Positions 25,824-39,972 of a stretch of 64,000 nucleotides of DNA are shown here, in pieces. The stretch covers positions 10,726,001 through 10,790,000 of the forward strand of contig NW_026262668.1 in the NCBI RefSeq assembly GCF_021869535.1, in the 5' to 3' direction. The notes below the pieces were generated by a model that did not search any database, was not told where the DNA came from, and worked only from the letters and a program-made list of their open reading frames with translations. Source of the DNA: Mytilus californianus. Lineage: Eukaryota. The translations under genes and the position numbers were made by a program. Each line of letters begins with the position of its first letter. The first letter of the stretch is position 1.

Positions 25824-28800
25824 TCACCATCCCTTTGTTGGTCTCCACATATCAACTATCTTGTTTCCAGAATGCACATAGAAAACAGTGTGTTGACATG
25901 CTGTGGCACATGACTACAACAGAATGTACATGTAATAAAATAGATTTTTGCTGCAATATGTTGATGACGAAATACGTATTTTAGATAATTACATATCGAT
26001 ATATTTGAGGCCTTGATAGTAACGCTCATATATAAACAAGTAGTTTGGTTTCCCTTTGACTTCGTATATTAGTAGAGAGTTAAGTCTTGGAGCTAAATTT
26101 TATTGAAACACAAAATCAAGATTGCGCTGTTGGAGTTTCCTTAAGTTGATTTCTGTTGAGTTATGGTTGATTGGTGAGGTTTTTTTTTATTCAGGTAGTG
26201 TCTAGTTCCCATTGTAACCTTTGTGTAGAAACTGTACCCGTGTCGACTGAGTTTTCCTATGACGTTTTGACGTATGGCGGCTACAAATCTCAGTTAATAC
26301 GTTACCCTCGTATATGTTCACACTATAACTTAATAAATAGGGTGTGCTCCTAACATAAAAACATCACGAATTGGTTGACCGATACGATGCGTCGTTGTCT
26401 CAACTCACTAGCGACATGTTTTAATGGTCTTTTATCTTAAGATACCATGATGAGCGTGAATTTACATGGCTGATGATACATGTATATCAGGAGACGCTTA
26501 CCCTGTCGACGCACAAAGTCTCACTTATCCTGAAATTCATGCGATTCCCTCGGTGTTTATTACTTGGATTTGTCTCTTCAATATCGATTTACGAAATTTG
26601 AACGTTGTTAAACTACTGTGGCTTTAAGTTCCGACAGTTTTCAACTTTAATTTGTCGGCGATTCAGATCTTTTAGATGAATGAATTTATAAATTTATTGA
26701 GTACTTGTATATGTAACTTACATGCCAAGGAGAGATAAATAGTTGGGATCCAATGGGATATCTGTCATAGTTCAATTTCTCTCCGGATTTTGTTGTTACT
26801 TTGCCGATTTCTTGTGAAAATCCGATAATTCTAAAATGTATAAAAAAACTACTGCAGTATTATATTACGATATAATAGTAATTGCTTCTATTTAAATACA
26901 AAACCTGTAATCAGTTGATATTAACAATACTAATGCTAACAGCTACACAACAAATAATTTCCCTAAAAAATTATTCATGATGTGAAATGATAGAATTTGA
27001 GTATAGCTGGTTGAATAGATTACTCCTCTTTATATTTTGTAAAAAAATTACGTGTATTATTGTGTATTATATTTCAGTTGGATCATGTTCTTATACAATA
27101 GATTTTAAAGTTTAAACCTGGTCACTTTCATCGAAATTCTAAAAATTGCATTTTTTGGGTTAAAGGAATTATCTTTCCAGCCATTCATAAACCAAATCAA
27201 TTTTCTGGTAACTACCAAAGATACTAGTGATATATTTCCTATGTTTTTAAACTGGAAATTTCAAAATTCGCACCATTGTATCAATAAGATTTAAAAGCTT
27301 ACTTTAAATCAGGGTTGTCTTGGAAAGAAGAAAAATCATCTGGGTTATCTGCCATTCCATCATAACTAAGAGCCAAAAATCCACAATCTATCAAAAAGAT
27401 ATTATGGCTCGGTTTATGACCAATTACTCGTGTTGTAAGACGACAGGCAATCTCATCTCTGCTACAACTACCAATGGTAGACTGTTGTACATCTGAAATA
27501 ATGATCATAGCCTAGGTTTAGGAGAAAACGCAATTTCAGGGCCTTTGTGTGTCTGTTCATCAATGTATCTGCACCACCAAAATGTATGTTAAAGCTTATG
27601 TAAAGAATTTGTTATAATAATATATCCTTAAATGAAAGTACATAACCGTATAACACGACTTCTTACAGCTTTACTATTTAGTGATCTGATTGGATTTATT
27701 CATAGGTGACGCTACGGTTTTAGTAGTGATGTATATATAGCATGTTTAAGATACTAATTATATATCATAAAGGGAATCAGAATATTTTATTCAGAGGACA
27801 TAAAAAAAAACCCAACTAAACAAAAAAACAAAAAAGCGATGTTTACCACTTTTTAAAACGTCACTATTTTCGAGTAATATTACATTACCTTGCATTAACG
27901 AAGACAATATTGCTCTCTAACGTCAGATTATGTTCCAGAGGGAATATCATTGCTGTACACTAATACTAGTTACTTATATTGTTGGACTCTATGCGTATTT
28001 ATCCCGACTTCATTTATATATTCATTTATTAAATCATTTCATATCAATGACAAAACTGCGTGGTTCGGAAACCTCGAAGACAAAAAAAAAAAAAAAAAAA
28101 AAAAACACAACAAAAATAACCCAATGAATTAAACAAACAAACCATAGAAGATATAATTTCCAGGATGAAACTCAGTCAAAACATTCATACTTTCATGTGG
28201 GCGTGAACAACTTGGTGTATTACCAATGGCTAACGTTCTGCATTCTATTTTGTTGTCAGTTAACCTATAATAGTAAACAAACAATTAAAACAAAAGACTC
28301 TATATGAGTTAAGCAAACATTTTTTAAAAGAACGTTTTACTCTTCAAAAAAAAGTAAGATAACAAAAATACATAACTCCAAGGAAAATTCAAAACGGAAA
28401 GTTCTTATCAAATGGCAAAAACAAAAGCTCAAACACATGAAACGAATGGAAAACAACTGTCACATTTCTGACTTGGTATAGGCATTTCCTTTTATAGAAA
28501 ATGGTGGTGTTTTATAGCTAGCTAAACCTCTCACTTGAATGACAGTCGCATAAAATTCCATTAAATTGACAACAATATGTGAACAAAACAAACAGACATA
28601 ATAGGTAAAAATGTCAAAATTGGAGTACAACAGTCAACACTGTGTTATAATCTTAATCACTATAAAAACAAAAAAAATATGTCAACAAAAATAAACAAAA
28701 TTGCATATAGACAAAGCACATAAGCAAAAGTGAACGACAAGAATACAAAAAATGACCACAGCACAATAACACAATGGCGTGATGTATAATAACATAATTT

Positions 28801-31800
28801 TTACATTTATGTACAACTCTTCTTAACTTGTAAAAATACTACTTAAAACGAAAAATGAATTTGTATTGCTATTGAAGATTTCCCGTACCGTACCCACTAA
28901 TTCTGAATTAAGAAATAATGATACATTCCATGTTATGTGTTGGTAATCAAATATGAATAGTATTAGTTAATATAGTTTTAGTTACTTTGCTTATTATATT
29001 TGATACAGCTATGATTTTCACTCTTTAGTATTCAGTTTCATACTTTCCTTTATTGGACCTCAGTCATTTTCCTGTACTGAACCTCATTCAGTTTTGGAAG
29101 GAAAGTACTGGTCATTCAATTGTTGGAATTCATTATTCATTTCTACAGGTCAGTTATATTCTATTTTCTAACAAGAACTAATATACTGATGTTTGAACAT
29201 ATTGAATAAAAGATGAATGAATGAGTTGAATGAGAATATGCAGAGGAAGTGATTAAAAGTAATAACACACATATTAAAATATAAGCCTTTATTAGTAAAA
29301 CATACTTGGTAAATGTCAAATAGTATAAATCATTTAAAACACTATATAAACTTCATAATTTTCTATATATTTAAAAGTATATTAGTACGGAGATCTGATA
29401 CTAAGATAGAAATTTTATTGAGTACATTGTGTTTTGATTAATGTAAGAGTAATGTCCAGGTCAGTGGACTTATGAATGTTATATTTATTTTATTCAGGTT
29501 ATGATATAGAATTGACTATAATATAGATTTCAAGTAGACGGTTCCATGCATGACCCATATACCACATATATGGTAAGGAATGTGTTACATGTTTTAGTTT
29601 GTGATTTTCTTGTTTATTTTGTAACTGTTTAGTCTTATAGTGTTTATATGTAATTTGTCGGAACACTATCATTGAGATTGCTAGTGCTTATGCTTATTTA
29701 TAATACTTTAGAGCACATAATTATGAGACGTTTTTTTTTGCATTTCATTTCAATATAAGATTGGGAATAAATAGCATTGGAATATATTTGACTTATTCCC
29801 CTTTGTCTATAAGTCTGTTTTATGTTGTTATGTGTTGTCTATGTAATGTGTATTTATTATTGTTATATACTAGTATGTTGTAGGGTTTAATAATATTATG
29901 CAGTGTGAATAAAATCACTATAAAGAACCCTAGATAGTCCATTTGTACTTATTGAGCCTTTTGGATCTACTATATTATGTAATAATTAAATACTAAAACA
30001 CTAAATTCTGAAATTTTGATTACACCGGTGCGGGAGGTTTGCGCTTTTTCATAGGACATTTGCGCTTCAATTTATAGGACATCTGCGCTTTTTATATAGG
30101 ACATTTGCGCTTTTACAATATTTGCTTCTTATGACTTCTCTCCTATTTTATTAGGGCTTAGGACAGGTAGGTTTGACCTGTCAAAGTTAAAGTCATAACT
30201 TTCATTATGTTTGAAAGTTTAATAGTCATTTCATAGCACATTCGTGTTTAAAAGTCATTTCATAGCACATTGATATGTTATATATATCTGTCCTGACTAA
30301 TATTACGCCCACAATACAAATAAATATTCTAGTTTCTCTTTCTCAAATCTTGACTGAGGTCCCTGTTCATCAATATAACGAATTTTAATGTTACATGTAT
30401 TAACCGACTGTTGTTCAATGTTAAAAATCCATATACATTTTTTTTCTTTTGCTAATCTATAACTTTAAACTCTATGTTAAAGACTGTGTCAATGTGAACA
30501 AACTAACCACAAATATAAGTTGAATTTATTTATGTAATAACTACAACTTATTGAAATTACAGACTATAGGTAAAAAGCGCAAATGTCCGGTCAATTTGAT
30601 ACAGGTGTATCAAAATTTAAATCGCAAATGTCCATAGTGTTTGGAGCGCAAATGTCATATTGTGTTACAGGTTAAAAAGCGCAAACGTCCTGTGCCCGAT
30701 TACACAGGGTGTTAAATTATTTCTGACCTTTTATACAGATTTTTCAGTAAATCTGTTCCTTTTTTATTAGCGTCTTCTATTTCTTCTTTACAGTTAGCTT
30801 TATACGTGTTACCATTGTACAGATACAACCCTTTGAAGTCTATATAAGGAGTCTGAGACGCCATTGTTGCAAGGCTGATTACGTCATCGCTGTCCCACGG
30901 TACACCGGCTAAAATAAAAAATAATAAATAGTCACGAGAAATTCGTTTCAGAAACATTTGCTTTCAACTCATGTCTTTAGGAAAGCCACTAAAATCAAAC
31001 TGGATAAGGAGAAACAGGAGAAATAAAAATGAACGTAAATTTTTAAAATTAAGTTTTTAATTGAATATTTTGGCAGTGTGTTGGTATCGAATCCCATGTT
31101 ACACGAGGTGGTCATCGCCGAATAAACGGCAGATTGCATGTTTCCTTATTTCTATGTTACTCCGTAAAACTGCGTATTTCTTGAGTAGGACTAATGCGTA
31201 TGTTATTTTTTTAAACTCAAATTCGGACGCGAATTTTTTCAAAACATATATTTAGTATACAAGTTAATTGTGGTCAGTTTCAATAGTTAGCACTATACTG
31301 ACTTTACCATGTTACCAACAAATTATTGCAAAAGCAATGTCGTTTCCTTTTAATTGTTTTAATTTTTGTTGGTATATGGATTCGTTTCATGTTTCGTATT
31401 CCAATGTATTTTTTCTATAATATGACTAATACCTAATACGAAACATACTTCTTCCAGATCCGTCATCAACTTCGAGAAATACGGACCATTTCTTCCCATC
31501 CGTCAATGGGCTCTTCAACAAAACATCCAATCCATGAGAATTTTCTATCATTACATGAAACGATTCTAATTTGTAGGCTAGATTTTTACACCTAGAGAAA
31601 AATGCACCGTCAATTATTTTAAAGTATAATGATAATTTCTATTTATAATTTAAGTTTAAAAAACCATTATGCACAATAATAGTAAAACAATTGTTTAGAA
31701 TGATGCATTATAATTTACGGGGGCGTTTATGCTTTCTTCGATTAGTACAGGACAAATACTACAGAAACCGAAAAAAAGACCGAAAACCCTATTTTGTACA

Positions 31801-32871
31801 AAAATATGCTTGCTTTTTTACCGACTAACCTTTCAGTGCGAGCAGCTATGAGTGGATGCGCATATAGAATATCATCAAATCCATTCTTAGCATAGAATTC
31901 GGCTTCATCTAAAGTTGATACTTCTATGGTTCTATTTGTTCCGTTGGTCATTAAGGTACCAAGCTCTCTGAAAGAAAAACAAAATATTTTACGTTAAGAG
32001 GAAGATATTTATCAATTTCCATTTTTTCCATTAAATTTCGAAATGTTAGTAATCATGTTTTGTGTTTGAACGTCCCAAATTTATCATACGACGAGGATCA
32101 AATTCACAATGTAGGTTGCATTCCGAGGACATGTAGTTCCTGTTCACAACAGCGGTCACTTCTCTTTCGGTGAAATACCCAAAGTCTTCTCTTCACTGTC
32201 ACTGAGGAAAAAAATGAATTTTTCAAAAACATTGTAACAGAATAATTATAGCCAATGTTTTCACAGGGACTAATTTTGCTACGATAATACCCGGGAAAAT
32301 TTTCTTTGAATACAATTTATATACAAGAAAATTGAACATATTAAAACATGCTGTTCGGTCGGAACTCATTTCATTAGATACTTTTCTCATTACTCCACCG
32401 ATGTTCTACCCTCACCGTTACCATAATACATCAAGTGCTTCTTCGTCGATCAGCAAGGACTATTTACACGGAGAATGTATTCGTTTTCGAGTAATAAACG
32501 ATTCGAGAATGTAATAAACCTGTTCTTGAAATAAAAAATACAGAACTAGTTTTTACTGTGTTTAAGATTACTTTTTAATATAGGTCCTATTTATACTATC
32601 TTAGTATTAACAAATGCCTATAAATATCTGTCAAATCGTCAGACGAGTACTTTGAATTCAAGTTTGTTTTTGTATTTTGTTTCCGGCGCTATTCACAAGT
32701 AAATGATACAAACACAGTTTTATGTGTCTTCATGTGGGGCCGTAACTGAACTCCAAGTCTCTCACAAGTATCTGTCATCTTCTGAGCATTCTTCTTAACT
32801 TTGTCAAGGTCTACTAAGAAACTTGGTGTCGGAACATCGGAAATAGTTGCTGGCATTTGCTCATCGTCCAT
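25824..32871 (-). CDS. DSD1: D-serine dehydratase-like, fold-type III PLP enzyme (Dsd1 / D-threonine aldolase family), 376 aa, 8 coding exons
   Basis: Exons 32871-32714, 31967-31830, 31591-31449, 30908-30728, 28264-28143, 27492-27303, 26830-26722, 25913-25824 total 1131 nt, all GT-AG and phase-compatible. Motifs: TPSFLVDLDKVKKN, LRPHMKTHKT (PLP Lys), VSTLDEAEF, FLEVDDGSGRTGV, GNTPS, EFHPGNYIFYD, IDCG, PWH|SC (His-x-Cys Zn site), WRPTKGW*. Confidence 0.9.
30026..30697. mobile_element. MULE-type MITE with 8-bp TSD in DSD intron 4
   Basis: gattacac flanks both ends (30018-30025, 30698-30705). Subterminal repeats ggacatttgcgc on the left and gcgcaaatgtcc on the right. Confidence 0.7.
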
Positions 32872-34705
32872 CGCTTCTGTATAAATAAAAATACCGTTAT
32901 TCAAAAGCTAAGAGAAAAGTAAGAAGATGTGGTATGATTGCCAATAAAAATGTATATCAAGCATTGACCAAAGACACGGATGTGAGCAGGCACTGGTCAC
33001 CGTCACTACGACCATCAAAAATGAACAAATCAATAAGTAATATATCTTTACTGAGTTTTATCAAATGTATATTTTTTATTCCGTTTAACCTTATGTTATT
33101 CCAAAGATCTTTATTTGGAGAGTAGGACATTTTCATATTACCGATTTTTGACTCCGGAGTATATAATTTTTGATGTTTATGGCAGAATTTTTGAGAGTTT
33201 AGTTCAATGTATGCACAGCTGTTATAAAGTTAGACACCTGCCATTTGTTGATTTATAAAATGTTGCATGCTTAATGTACAGTTGCAATTATTTCATGCAA
33301 CTATTTACATAAAACAATAGGAAGGTGTTGCAAGGTGGGACGACAGGGGTGAAGGGACAAGGGACGGAAAATTTGGACTGCAACTACTGGAATGTTATGT
33401 TGAATAGGGTCAGAAATGATGCGTTACAGCAGGCCACCAATGACCGCTCAAAGAGTTGTTGCAAAAATTCGTTAACGTCCAGAGAACGTGACACTCACTT
33501 CTACACAATGCATCGGATTAAACCTTTCCATTCTGGCCGGACGTGGAGCGAATTTATACATTTGGCATTTTGACAAGTTTTGCTGCCGGTAGAAAGAAGA
33601 CCTAGGAGACCATATATCTAAACCCCAGTCACTTGGTAGCCTAATAAAATATTTTTTTGTGTATTTGTTTCGTTGGGTTGCTTTATGAGTGACGTATGCC
33701 CACCACTCTGACTTCTCATAACACCTGAATACACATGCACACCGTATAGAGACAATGGAAAACTGAGTGGTGAATGTCGGTATCTTACCCATTATGAACA
33801 TATATTATATAATACAAACATATCTACACAAACACACACATATGTTCACACGATATACATGAATGAAACAATCTACACGTGTTTTATAAAACAAAATATC
33901 ACAACTCAAAATCATTATTTTCACTTTTATTTTAAAATGATGTGTCATGTGTATTAAGGTAAACAATATTTCTGCGAACTAAATTTTGGACAGTCAAGAA
34001 AATAAACACTTCATAAATAATATTTAGTAGCGTAGAATGTTGTATATATGCTAAGTAACAATAATGAATGAATACAGTTGTAAATGACATACCTTTCTGT
34101 GTACAAATTCCGGATCAAGGAATGCAAATCTTACACAAAACTAATAACTGATCTAAGGACTTTTTAAGTCTTGTATGTCCACCAATTTCTTAACAACAAG
34201 ATAATATGTAGGTCAATAAGGATATTGTTATCGCGATCGAATAAAAGTAAAACTCTGCACAGTTATCGCCCAAAGTTAAGTGTGTGCTGACATCTTCAGG
34301 GTCAAATCATTTAGGTCAGGGATGGCAGAAATCATGTCGAACCGACACTATATACAGTGTTTCATTTTAAGATAGTTATAAACACGTTTGTGTTTTTATT
34401 CCTCTTATATGAAGTTGGATATAAAGGTAGTATACAACTATAATAAGAAAAATTCTGAAGAGTGAGATATCACAGTAGCTATGGTTTATATCAATGATCG
34501 TGATTTTTGGCGTGAATTGATTAGGTTAGTTTAGTGTGCTGACCAGGGTTTCTTTCTCTCGAGTTTGCACATTTTGTTTGCAATTATATCAGAGTACAAA
34601 AAGATCGTCCGTCTTAATTTTAACTATATGCAATTACTGAGTACAAATTAAACGACTCATCATTTCCTTTTATTTCACTTAAAATTCAGTTTTCTTTATT
34701 GTCAA

Positions 34706-34915
34706 CCGCCTCTGTGGTATCGTGATAACGTTCTCGCCTTGCGTTCCGGGAGGTCGTGGGTTCGATTCCTGACCAGGTCTAACCAAAGACTTTAGAATAT
34801 GTATTTGCTACTTCTACGCGTAGCACGCAGCAGTTAGCAGTAGCGAAAGGACTGGTTGGCCCGGAGAAATAATAATGTGTCTGTGTAGGATGACATGTCT
34901 TCCTATAAGGACCCA
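34706..34915 (+). mobile_element. tRNA-derived SINE with conserved central domain (Meta/Biva-SINE-like)
   Basis: A-box tggtatcgtgataa, B-box ggttcgattcc, then aaccaaagacttt...gtatttgctacttct...gcacgcagca...gactggttggc...aatgtgtc...gacatgtct. Confidence 0.7.
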
Positions 34916-35457
34916 AAATATATAACTTTTTGATCAAATTTAAGCCTTTATTATTTAATGCTAACTTCATGTTCTGATTTTCTCTCCAGAAGTGAAGAAA
35001 TGTAGACGGGGTGTCATCTCGATTTCCCGGAAAAACAAACCCTAAATCCTGATTCCCGAAAAGAATAAATATAAATAAGAAGACGTGGTATGAGTGCCAA
35101 TGAGACATTTCTCCATCCAAGTCACAATGTATAAAAAGTTAACAATTATAGGTCAAAGTACGGCCTTCAACACGGAGCCTTGGCTCACACCAAACAGCAA
35201 GCTATCAAGGGCCCTAAAATGACTAGTGTAAAACAATTCAAAGAGGAAAACCAAAGGTCTAATCTATATAAAAAACGAGAAACGAGAAACACCTACGAAC
35301 GACACCAACAAACGCTGAACAACAGGCATTCTTTCCCGGATACCGAAAAATCAATCATTAAATCCATAGTCCCGATAAGTTTAAAATTTGTTTTTGCGAA
35401 AATGTTTTTATTGAGTTTCCCGTGTGAAAATGAAATACCCAAACACTAATAATGTAC

Positions 35458-35662
35458 AAGTACTACTGTATATTAGATTTATTTAGAGTTAGTTCTTTGG
35501 GTAAAATTCCCGAATCGCAGTATAATGAGAGACCTGATTATTTAAGAAAAAAACATCTATGTACTACTGTATATTAGATTTATTTAGAGTTAGTTCTTGG
35601 GGTAAAATTCCCGAATCGCAGTATAATGAGATACCTGATTATTCAAGAAAAAAAAATCATCT
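35458..35662. repeat. ~102-bp tandem duplication
   Basis: gtactactgtatattagatttatttagagttagttct...cgcagtataatgag...aagaaaaaaa..catcta x2. Confidence 0.85.
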
Positions 35663-36837
35663 ATGCAAGTGTTATTGAATAGTTCTATTTTGAATTGAAT
35701 TTAGTTAATGTTAGGCATAGTGGCCCTTATTGTTGTTCAAATTTAAGAAGGGTATATATACATACTATATCATACATCGAAGTTTATAAGATATCTAACA
35801 TATTTTATACACTTTTAGAAAACAATTTAGATATATCTTTCTCATGCAAAGCTGTTATTCCTTGTCCGGATTTGGCTATACTTTAAGAAGATTTTTTGTT
35901 TTATCAGCTCCTCAACGTTTGTATAAGGTTATGATTTTCAAATATTTTGGCCCGATCATTACGGAAAAGACGATACTTGTCGAAATGCGCATGTTGCAGT
36001 ACAATTGATACCGTTAATGTTATTATATAAACTTTTCTTCATAGGATATATTTTTAAATATATGAGATACCTTGTAATTTATATAAGATATCTTATAAAC
36101 TTTTTAAAAATAAATTTTATCTTAAAGAGAATAAGAGATATCTTCGCCGTTGAATAAACATGAATCGTGCATGCCATACACAGGAACAGTAATAGTTACC
36201 ATTGAATTGACCAAAACTCTTTAAAGGGGGCATTGCTACGAAGCTGTCAATTAATCAAAATATCATTTTTTTCAAACATTTATCAAAGCAAAATTGTGAA
36301 ATGATATTTTGCTATTAGCAGTCTGTTGTGTTCAATTTTGTCGAAATAAGCTCCAAAACATCGGCAATGTATTATTGGCTTATAATTCAATTCATTTGAA
36401 ACCGTATGCACTTGAACTTTAATTAGACCCTTAACAGGGGATGGATTACGTGTGGGCTTAGCATGATTAGTTATAAAAAGAAAAGAATGTCAACATTGAA
36501 AAGTGAAATAAGGTATCTTCCGGGAATACCCCTTTCATTGACTGATTCTATCCACAAAATCATTCAAATACAGGTAAAATGATGATTTACATATTATTTT
36601 TAATGTATCAGATGAAATCAAACAGACCTAGAAAAATCGTTATTATACGATTGCACGTGCTTGCCTGTTTATTTATATTTATATTTACGATTACATCAGG
36701 TTATATGATCAACGGATTCTTCGGAGATCATCTCGATGGTTAATGAGATGGCGTCTTTTCTAAAATACACAAGAAATGTTGATAAAGTCCATGCGTTGTA
36801 AATTGTTTCTGTGTGACTTTTTGTAATTTGGTGGACG

Positions 36838-37450
36838 TTTTACGACAAACGAGATGATTTCAGCTTCCTTATTGTGAAATTTACATTTCTATGTAGCAAC
36901 ATTCAAGCCGCGCCTGCATACGGAGTATATATCTCCAAGTTGATACGATATTCCAGGGTTTATGTTTCCTATCATGATTTCCTTGATATAGGGTTGATGC
37001 TCACACGAAAGCTATTAAACCAAGAGTTCCAAGAAGGGAAGTTGAAATCATCCCTTCGTAAATTTTACGGACGCCATCACGAGTTGGTTGACCGTTATGG
37101 AATATCTGTTTCACAGATGACGACGGATATGTTCCAATTGTCGTAACTACAATCTCGTCCCCTTCCCCTGAATGTGATCTACCGAATTAGACATATCATC
37201 GGGTTTACACTTACATGAATGAGCAACACGACGGGTGCCTAATGTGGAGCAGGATCTGCTCACCCTTCCGGAGCACCTGCGATCACCCCCTGTTTTGGTG
37301 TGGTTCGTGTTGCTCAGTCTTTGGTTTTCTATGTTGTTTTGTATACTGTAGTTTGTCTGTTTTTTTTTCTTTTTTTTTAGCGATGGAGTTGTCAGTTTAT
37401 TTTTCGACTTATGTTTGAATGTCCCTTTGGTATCCTTCGCCTATCTTTTA
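36838..37450 (+). mobile_element. Penelope-like retroelement, 5'-truncated: RT C-terminus and 3' tail
   Basis: YDKRDDFSFLIVKFTFLCSNIQAAPAYGVYISKLIRYSR...KLLNQ...LKSSLRKFYGRHHELVDRY resembles the post-YIDD thumb/HTH region of PLE RTs. Confidence 0.7.
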
Positions 37451-38137
37451 GTACGTTATGTATAAAATGAGTCGAATCGATGAGCATGTATTTGACAGCT
37501 AATACCCCTTTAATTGATTTATGACATACTAAAATATTTACCAAAATTATAAAAGGAAAACAATAAACAATGCATGAAATCGTAACAAAGCATCGGTATT
37601 GAATGCATATTTTAGCACTAGGCACCATTCAATCAACCATCCAGATGACCTACGAAGACTGATCATGTGACTCGATTAACCTTAAATGTGAATATGAAGT
37701 AACAGACATAATTTGAGGACGATTTTTTCTAGATTCTAGGTATGTTTGTTTTATGTCATTAATTAAAAAAACAAATATACGTAAATCATTGGGTAACTTG
37801 TAAAGAATGATTACTTTTTGGCCGAATCAGTAAACAAAAAATAGTGTTGATTTTCATGTTCTCAGATGTTTAATGCATTTGGCTTGCCAAGTTTTGTCAT
37901 TGACCAAATTTGATATAGTTACACGTTTCTAGCTAACTAAATTTGGTAGCATCCATTTATTAATATATGTATGCGTGTGTATTGCACAGATGTGTATTTA
38001 ATTAATACCACGACAAATCAAACATTCGATTATATTTAATATTTTTCGGGTTTCGAAGATCATTGAATCATCTATAAAATTATATGTAAATGCCTATACA
38101 TAAGAAAGGTAACAGGGAAATCATGTAAAACAACTTA

Positions 38138-39972
38138 CTACCGAATCGAGACTATAAGCAGGATTTTGATTACAAAAAATTTGAGCTCTCATCCTTGCAA
38201 AATACCATAATCGAAAAGATAGAAATGGGGAAAGTTAAAATTGAACCAATAAAAGAGGAGGAAATACATGATGCTGTAAAAAAACTGAAAAACTGAAAAT
38301 CCTCAGATATCGCTAGAATATCAGCCGAACACTACAAACACGCTGAGGCCGAGCTTCTACCACTCATATTGCATATCCTCAATACATTAATAGAACAACT
38401 TGACATCCCACAGATGCTGAAAGGAGGAACAATGACACCAGTATTGAAGAAAAATAAGGACCGTCAAAACCCGGCAAACTATAGAGGAATCACAGTGACC
38501 AAAATCCTCACTAAAATCCTACAGAGTGTATTAAAATTCAGAATAGATATAAAGATCCATCAAATCCGAACCCAACTACAACGAGGATTTACTGAAGCCA
38601 TACCCATGATATTTGCTATATTCCTGGCATCGGAAGTTATAATACAATCTTGTGAAGATGACCAGGAAATCCTGCTACTAACTTTGGATGCAGAAAAGGC
38701 TTTTGATAAACTGGAGCATGAAATATTCTTCAACAAGGTCTATATTATGGCATTGACGGTGACATGTAGATTCTACTCCGTAATATGTATAGAGAAATGA
38801 GCATTAGAATTAAATGGGACGATCTTGTTTCTGACAAAATATCTGTCAACCGAGGAATTCAGCAAGGAGCAAAACTTTCAACCGCCTTGTACAAATGCTA
38901 TAATAATGCCATTCTAGATAGTGTAACAGAAAGTGGATTAGAAAGCCATATGGGGACAAAATACATTGCTACACCAACATGTGCAGATGACATATTAGTA
39001 CTAGCAAACTCTGAAAGTGAACTGCAGGGCATTATGGACATTGTATACAACCATACACAGAGAGACCTAGTCAAGATCAACCCACAGAAATCGGACCTTG
39101 TATGCTATAATACCAATCAGGACAGAGTAGTTAACATTGGCAGCTCTCAGATAGGTAGAAGTACAACTGCAAAACATCTAGGTATAACCAGAAATGAAAA
39201 GAATACAATTGATATTGATGAAAAACTGAAAGTAGGAAGGGCCACTATCTGTGGCATGTTAGGAGCTGGATATAAGGAAAGGTTTTTCTCCTCTTGTATC
39301 CCACAATCTGTGGAAGGTATATTCTGTTCCAAAAATGACATATGGGCTGGAGGTCATGCCTATTAAGAAAAAAGAAATGGACCAAATGGAAACCATGCAA
39401 AGGAAAATATTAAGGCAGCTACAGGGCCTTCCCAATCAGATAGCCAACACAGCAGTCTATACATTAATTTGGGCAGTACCGATCCCTATGGTGATAGACC
39501 GAAATTTGCTATCTGTGTTGATGAACATAATAAGAAACAACAACTCATTAGAATTTCAAATCCTAGAAAGTCAACTTGCAATGAAAAATGAAAAAAAGCA
39601 ATATTTTTGTAAATAGATTTACAGAAAGCTCTTACCAAGTACGGGATGGAACCTGTTGATAATCTTATGCAACACCCAAAATCAAAGGAAAAATGGAAAA
39701 GGATAGTTAGATATCATCAAAAAAGATACTGGCATGAAGTATGCTTAGAATACCAGTCTAATAAAAAGACATTGGCATATCTTCAAATACAGGAAAACCC
39801 ATCCTTTATGCCGTTTAATATCTGGCAGTGCACAGGAAACAACCCAACTAATATGAAAACAGGAGAAATGAAGAGCAGACTAGTAACACAAACATATATG
39901 CTACAGACAGTTAGGTCTAGACACAATAAGAATATATCCCCAAAAAGTATATTGTGTAATACAGCAGATGAC
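38138..39972 (+). mobile_element. Dead non-LTR retrotransposon (LINE) RT fragment, left inverted copy
   Basis: NPANYRGIT, QRGFT, LDAEKAFDKL, RGIQQGAKLS, TCADDIL, INPQKS, KHLGI; frameshifts at the same places as the copy at 43634-45585. Confidence 0.9.

Noticed and set aside
27169-27238. Alternative terminal exon of DSD (KYITSIFGSYQKIDLVYEWLER*)
   Set aside because: In frame after a 64-nt intron, but has no family similarity and would drop the Zn ligands; better exons exist at 26830 and 25913.
33325-33801. GC-richer segment with overlapping 82- and 109-aa ORFs upstream of DSD
   Set aside because: No recognisable motif or splice-compatible link; probably a TE remnant.
37146-37450. SECIS element in the Penelope-like tail
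   Set aside because: I could not find an AUGA/AA/GA arrangement in a convincing stem by eye.
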